From an uncultured Marinoscillum sp. (GTDB lineage Bacteria > Bacteroidota > Bacteroidia > Cytophagales > MED-G16): a DNA stretch of 64,000 nt. Of this stretch, positions 59,727-64,000 are shown piece by piece. The DNA lies in NCBI GenBank assembly GCA_902626505.1, contig CACOFQ010000005.1, positions 3,401 through 67,400 of the forward strand, given 5' to 3'. The position numbers were made by a program, and so were the translations under genes. Each line of letters opens with the position of its first letter. Position 1 is the stretch's first letter. Below the pieces are notes generated by a model that saw only the letters and a list, made by a program, of their open reading frames with translations, did no database searches and was not told the DNA's origin.

Positions 59727-60722
59727 TTAATGTTCATCTTCAATAGCTAATCCTATATATACAGATGAAAACATAGTAAACACGTAAGCCTGAATCCCCG
59801 CAACCATAAGCTCAACTAAATTTAATCCTACAACAAATAAAGAACTGAAAAAACCAACTCCATAACTTTGGAAAATGAATATTAGTCCAATAAAACTTAG
59901 AAGAACAATGTGGCCTGCAGTGATTGCAGCAAAAAGTCTTATCATTAATGAGATTGGCTTTGAAAACACTCCGATCAATTCAATTGGTAAAATGATCACT
60001 CTCATAATAAGTGGGATACCTGGGGTCCAAAATATATGTTTCCAGTAATGTTTATTTCCAGAAAAGTTTGTAATGAGAAAAGTAAAAATTGCTAAAGTCA
60101 TTGTTACTGCTATATTACCAGTTAAGTTAGCAGCCGCAGGTAATAATCCTAGTACGTTTCCAAAAAATATGAAGAAAAATAGAGTTAACATATATGGCAA
60201 ATATTTTTCATAGTTATGACCAATATTTGGTTTTACAATATCATCTCTAACAAATAAAATTATTGGTTCAAAAACAGATTGAATTCCTTTGGGAACTGAA
60301 TACTTATTTGCATACCCTCTAGCAACAGTAACAAATATTAGTATCATTAAAATCGATGTCATTATAAGAAAAGCGACATTCTTAGTTATCGATAAATCTA
60401 TATAAGAAAGTTGAGGATCAATAGGTTTAAGCTTTCCATGATCATACTTAAAACCATTATATCCTTCTTTGAGTGCATTATGATCATCATCAAATAAATT
60501 TGATGAAGAAAAAATCTCTAAGCCAGAATCTTTATAAACTATTATTGGTAGAGGAATGATTACTCCATGCATGATTTCATATCTATAATCATCCAAAACA
60601 TGATGCATAATCATTTCACCCATATTAAACTCTCCTTCTTTCTTTTCTGCAGAAAAAGCAAGATGATTAACACTAAAAAATAATAGTAAAACAAACAGAA
60701 AATATGTACGCTTTGACAACAT
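59727..60722 (-). CDS. atpB: F0F1 ATP synthase a subunit
   Basis: Essential-Arg helix ISLMIRLFAAITAGH. Polytopic. Operon position. Confidence 0.9.
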   Translation of the reverse strand: MLSKRTYFLFVLLLFFSVNHLAFSAEKKEGEFNMGEMIMHHVLDDYRYEIMHGVIIPLPIIVYKDSGLEIFSSSNLFDDDHNALKEGYNGFKYDHGKLKPIDPQLSYIDLSITKNVAFLIMTSILMILIFVTVARGYANKYSVPKGIQSVFEPIILFVRDDIVKPNIGHNYEKYLPYMLTLFFFIFFGNVLGLLPAAANLTGNIAVTMTLAIFTFLITNFSGNKHYWKHIFWTPGIPLIMRVIILPIELIGVFSKPISLMIRLFAAITAGHIVLLSFIGLIFIFQSYGVGFFSSLFVVGLNLVELMVAGIQAYVFTMFSSVYIGLAIEDEH

Positions 60723-60725
60723 TAG

Positions 60726-61088
60726 CTATTTAATATGATGCAAATTTAATAATAGAATTGTTATTTCAAATATTATGAATAATAAATACACAATTAAATA
60801 ATTTAATATAAAATTTAATAGGTTTTCTATACCATAAAAATGGAATAATAGAATAAAAATTATTGAAAAAAACAACCTAATAAATGTTGATAAGATAGTT
60901 TTAAGAATAACTAAACCTTGATCAAATTTTTCAATTAAAAACTTGAAGAGTAGGTCTATAATAATATTAAAAAAAACTATATAAAAAATGAATTCATTGA
61001 TGAACGAGATGTTAATAAAAAGTAAAAAACCAGATAGAAACATTAATCCCAAATAAAAAAAAAGATTAGATATATCTAATACTTTCAT
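60726..61088 (-). CDS. Small polytopic membrane protein upstream of atpB, unknown function
   Basis: Four hydrophobic helices. 3-nt gap to atpB and 4-nt overlap with the upstream gene. Confidence 0.5.
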   Translation of the reverse strand: MKVLDISNLFFYLGLMFLSGFLLFINISFINEFIFYIVFFNIIIDLLFKFLIEKFDQGLVILKTILSTFIRLFFSIIFILLFHFYGIENLLNFILNYLIVYLLFIIFEITILLLNLHHIK

Positions 61089-61288
61089 CTATTCTCACTT
61101 TTATATACTTTATATAGAGAAATCATAAAGCCAAATAGAGGCATGAATAATGTAAATATTGAAACCTTACTAAATAGATAATCATCAACAAAATATCCAA
61201 AAAGACCAAAAAATAAAATAATAAAAAAAAACTGAAAACTTAAATTAAGATATTTAAAATATTTACTCTTTTTCATTACCAGAGTCAT
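61085..61288 (-). CDS. AtpZ/AtpI-like small membrane protein
   Basis: Two TM helices with LNLSFQFFFIILFFGLFGYFVDDYL. Position at the head of the atp operon. An alternative start is the ATG at 61276. Confidence 0.5.
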   Translation of the reverse strand: MTLVMKKSKYFKYLNLSFQFFFIILFFGLFGYFVDDYLFSKVSIFTLFMPLFGFMISLYKVYKSENR

Positions 61289-61634
61289 CTACTTCTTCAG
61301 GTTCTTCTTTTCCCATTGAACAAGCTCCATTAAAATTAGCTCCTGATTCAATTATTAAATTATCAGTAGATATGTCTCCATGTATTGATGCTGTTGATTT
61401 AAGGATTAAAAGCTCAGATACTGTTACTTTTCCTGTTACCTTTCCTGCTATTTCAGCATTTTCAGCAACAACATTCCCGTCAACAATAGAAGTCTCCCCA
61501 CAAGCAACTTTTGATTTTGAAGATATATCTCCAATAACTTTACCCTCTAACCTAATATTACCTGATGTTTTTAAATTTCCCTTCAAAACACTTCCATCAC
61601 CTATTATGTTATTTGACCCGTTTAGATTATCCAC
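61263..61634 (-). CDS. Bactofilin-family cytoskeletal protein
   Basis: Repetitive beta-helix pattern (GDGSVLKGNLKTSGNIRLEGKVIGDISS...VDGNVVAENAEIAGKVTGKV...IHGDIST) with an acidic tail. Confidence 0.8.
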   Translation of the reverse strand: MDNLNGSNNIIGDGSVLKGNLKTSGNIRLEGKVIGDISSKSKVACGETSIVDGNVVAENAEIAGKVTGKVTVSELLILKSTASIHGDISTDNLIIESGANFNGACSMGKEEPEEVDDSGNEKE

Positions 61635-61669
61635 AACTTATATTTTAAATTAAATTTCCACAAATCTAA

Positions 61670-62515
61670 TTATAATGATATAAATTCCGAAGGATTTACT
61701 GATTTACCATTTAACCAAAGCTCAAAATGTAAATGAGGTCCCGATGATAACTCTCCAGTATCTCCTATAATGGAAACTACATCCCCTCTTTTAACTATTT
61801 GTCCAGGATCCACGAATACCTTTGAATTGTGTTTATATATTGAAATCAAATTATTTGGATGGACTATACTGATAACATAACCACTATCTTTAGTCCATGA
61901 AGCCATCAATACTGTACCATCAGATACAGCTTTTATGGGTTCTTCTTTTTTACAAACAAAATCAATTCCAAAATGCTCATTCGATGGATCATAAGACGAT
62001 AATATTACCCCAGAAGATACTGGAGACATTAATAATAAGTTTTGATCATTATTTGAGGAACGAATAATCTCAGAAAAAGTAGTGTTACTTTCAAATTCTT
62101 GTCTAAAGAAAGAATCTATAGCTGAATAATCATTCGTTAAATCTTTCAATTGTAAATTACTTTCTTCATTTTTATTTTCAATAAATTGATTCTCTCCCCC
62201 TGAAAGAATTATCATAATATTCTCAATGTATTTATCCTTAATGTCAGACTCAATAATTAATGAGTCAATTGAATTTGAAAGTTTAATTAGTTCTTCATTG
62301 GCCTTTTTTTCTACATATCTGGGATCAAACCATTCACTAAGAATAGTTGTAGATAAAAAAAATGATATTGAAAAAATTAGTACTAAAAAAAGAAAAGAGT
62401 ACAATATCATACTCAGATTAGTTAGTTCTAAAAGAGATATATCTTTAAAGTCTCTTTTATTTCTAAAGATAATTTGAAGTCTATTTCTAAACCATTTGAT
62501 AACTTTGTTCTTCAA
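61670..62515 (-). CDS. M23-family metallopeptidase, membrane-anchored
   Basis: N-terminal TM helix. HFGIDF (HxxxD) and GPHLHFEL (HxH) zinc motifs. Confidence 0.85.
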   Translation of the reverse strand: MKNKVIKWFRNRLQIIFRNKRDFKDISLLELTNLSMILYSFLFLVLIFSISFFLSTTILSEWFDPRYVEKKANEELIKLSNSIDSLIIESDIKDKYIENIMIILSGGENQFIENKNEESNLQLKDLTNDYSAIDSFFRQEFESNTTFSEIIRSSNNDQNLLLMSPVSSGVILSSYDPSNEHFGIDFVCKKEEPIKAVSDGTVLMASWTKDSGYVISIVHPNNLISIYKHNSKVFVDPGQIVKRGDVVSIIGDTGELSSGPHLHFELWLNGKSVNPSEFISL

Positions 62516-62594
62516 GTTTTTATAATTTGTTTTTTTATTAAATGTAAAAATAAATATTTAATAAGAACGTTTTAGCTCTTGCTCAATTAAAAAT

Positions 62595-64000
62595 ATGAGA
62601 ATATATTTTCCATCTATAATGATTTTTTTTATTTGTATATCATGTAATTCTATAATAAATAGAGCATATAATGATACCGCCGCAAAATATAACGGATATT
62701 TTTTAGCTAAAGAGTCAATTAATGAAATAGAGAATGATCTTTTTGAATTGAATATTAACAATTATGACAGCCTAATTAATTTATCATATAAAATTGATAC
62801 AAATAGTATCTCAGGGTTGTCGGATAAGAAGGAAGATATCATTAAAAAGCTTTCTATATTAATTCAGAGACATGAAGGGTCTAAATATGTTTATCCCAGT
62901 TATGCTCTTATTGGAAAAGCTAGACTATTAGCATTAGAAATTGATCAATCAATAACAACTCTGAAATATGTTAATTCAAAATCAAAAAATGAAGTTGCTA
63001 AACAAATGTCATTAATTTATTTAATGAGAGCCTATACAGAAATAAATAATTTTGATGCAGCATATGAGGTTTATAATTTTTTAAAAAAGAAGGAAATAGA
63101 TAAGGAATTAATAGTTGAGTATCATTTACACGCCCATAATCTTTTTAAAAAAAATAATGATATAGAAAAATTATTTCAAGAACTTATCTTATTAGAAAAA
63201 GTTGCTAAGAAAAAAAGCTTACTAAATAAGATTTATTTTGCCATAGGTCAAGTTTACTTAATTAATAACCAATTTAATCAAGCTCAAAATTATTTTAAAA
63301 AATGCCTTGCAAATAATCCATCATTTGAAATGGAATTTGATGCTAAAATTTTTTATTCAAAGTCATTAATAAATAGTGATTCAACTCAAATAGATAAGTA
63401 TTTTAAAAAATTAATTAAAGACAAAAAAAACATTGACAACCTCGACAGGATATATTTTGAAATTGGTAGATTAAAATATCAAAAAGAAGAATATGATGAA
63501 GCTTTAAAAAATTATAAACTATCATCAAAAGAAAATAAAAATAAAAAAGAATTACTATTTAATACACACAAAAATATTGCCGACATCTATTATGATGAAA
63601 TATATAATTATAGATATGCAAAACTGTATTATGATAGCGCAATAAATAATATAAATAGAGAATATAGTAATTATGATATTATAAAATCTAAAAGTGATGT
63701 CCTAAATGAATTAGTTAATAACTTAGATATAATTAAAAATAATGATAGCTTAATCTATTTAACAACAATTCCAGATTCTGATCTTAATCAAATCCTTGAA
63801 AAGAAAAAAAAGAAAGAAAAAAAAGAAAGAAAAAATAAAACTGTTTCACTTGTTCAACAAAATTTTTTAACCAATGATCCAAAAACCATTTTAAACAATA
63901 ACGATGGAGAATGGTATTTTAGCAATCCTTCAATTATTAGTAGTGGAATAAATGATTTTAAAAGAGTTTGGGGAAATAGAGAACTAAAAGATAATTGGAG
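62595..64000 (+). CDS. sprE: SprE/PorW-type TPR lipoprotein of the type IX secretion / gliding apparatus (N-terminal 468 codons; runs off the window end)
   Basis: Absent from the track because it is open-ended. The ATG at 62595 gives MRIYFPSIMIFFICISCNS (lipobox), then AKYNGYFLAKE, TPR-like repeats and EWYFSNPSIISSGINDFKRVWGNRELKDNW. I translated the whole frame by hand to 64000 and found no stop. Confidence 0.75.
   Translation, partial: MRIYFPSIMIFFICISCNSIINRAYNDTAAKYNGYFLAKESINEIENDLFELNINNYDSLINLSYKIDTNSISGLSDKKEDIIKKLSILIQRHEGSKYVYPSYALIGKARLLALEIDQSITTLKYVNSKSKNEVAKQMSLIYLMRAYTEINNFDAAYEVYNFLKKKEIDKELIVEYHLHAHNLFKKNNDIEKLFQELILLEKVAKKKSLLNKIYFAIGQVYLINNQFNQAQNYFKKCLANNPSFEMEFDAKIFYSKSLINSDSTQIDKYFKKLIKDKKNIDNLDRIYFEIGRLKYQKEEYDEALKNYKLSSKENKNKKELLFNTHKNIADIYYDEIYNYRYAKLYYDSAINNINREYSNYDIIKSKSDVLNELVNNLDIIKNNDSLIYLTTIPDSDLNQILEKKKKKEKKERKNKTVSLVQQNFLTNDPKTILNNNDGEWYFSNPSIISSGINDFKRVWGNRELKDNW

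Noticed and set aside
2139-62477. Remaining short track ORFs nested in or antisense to larger genes (2139-2333, 5490-5699, 13206-13412, 19641-19835, 34200-34385, 35065-35268, 39182-39430, 40191-40373, 49015-49203, 51039-51317, 53768-53956, 57480-57731, 59063-59260, 61372-61653, 62226-62477)
   Set aside because: Each lies wholly inside a longer ORF with recognisable family motifs, either on the opposite strand or in another frame. None has a distinctive sequence feature of its own.
62558-62761. 67-aa minus-strand ORF
   Set aside because: It is antisense to the N-terminal signal peptide region of the open-ended SprE/PorW gene, which explains the region better.
1-64000. CRISPR arrays, rRNA genes, transposases/IS elements, riboswitches and known defence systems
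   Set aside because: Scanning by eye found no regularly spaced repeats. No intergenic gap exceeds about 200 nt, so none could hold an rRNA or a large structured RNA. No ORF shows transposase, Cas, restriction or toxin-antitoxin motifs. Absence cannot be proven without covariance-model and HMM searches.

Overview
Very AT-rich, tightly packed bacterial chromosome segment. Hand counts give about 13-16 G+C per 60 nt in typical genes. It looks like a streamlined Flavobacteriia/Bacteroidota genome. Supporting evidence: an SprE/PorW-type T9SS/gliding lipoprotein at the right edge, DUF4105, DUF4783 and DUF721 neighbours, an atpBEFHAG operon without atpDC, and many lipoproteins with an (L/F)xSC lipobox. 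Most of the window is core housekeeping. This includes four aminoacyl-tRNA synthetases (gltX, glnS, ileS, glyQS), purEK, folE, ribH, gpmI, pdhA, recF, recX, lspA, rsmI, anmK and the F-type ATP synthase genes. It also includes a Na+-translocating oxaloacetate decarboxylase (oadGAB), NhaD- and Kef-type antiporters, a two-component system and one tRNA-Val(GAC). I found no CRISPR array, rRNA, transposase or recognisable defence system. Two stretches look accessory. The first is 1.9-8.7 kb, where lipoproteins, a PHP phosphoesterase and two guanidino-group-modifying enzyme genes are split by an integrase-like gene. That gene is bracketed exactly by 23-nt direct repeats, and the canonical catalytic Arg/His/Arg of tyrosine recombinases appear substituted. 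The second is 18.5-22.9 kb next to tRNA-Val, which carries a sulfatase operon plus four small lipoprotein genes. One of these is compositionally foreign and Met/His/Trp-rich, one is Kazal-like, and one has a signal peptide upstream of any canonical start codon. Other observations: an orphan HisA-like gene lacking the N-terminal catalytic Asp; a translationally coupled four-gene envelope cluster ending in an LptC-like gene, followed by an unannotated 48-codon membrane peptide; repeated convergent gene pairs sharing TTAA overlapping stops; and two open-ended ORFs missing from the supplied track (1-615 minus strand, 62595-64000 plus strand). All family assignments come from motif recognition by eye. 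No database search was run.
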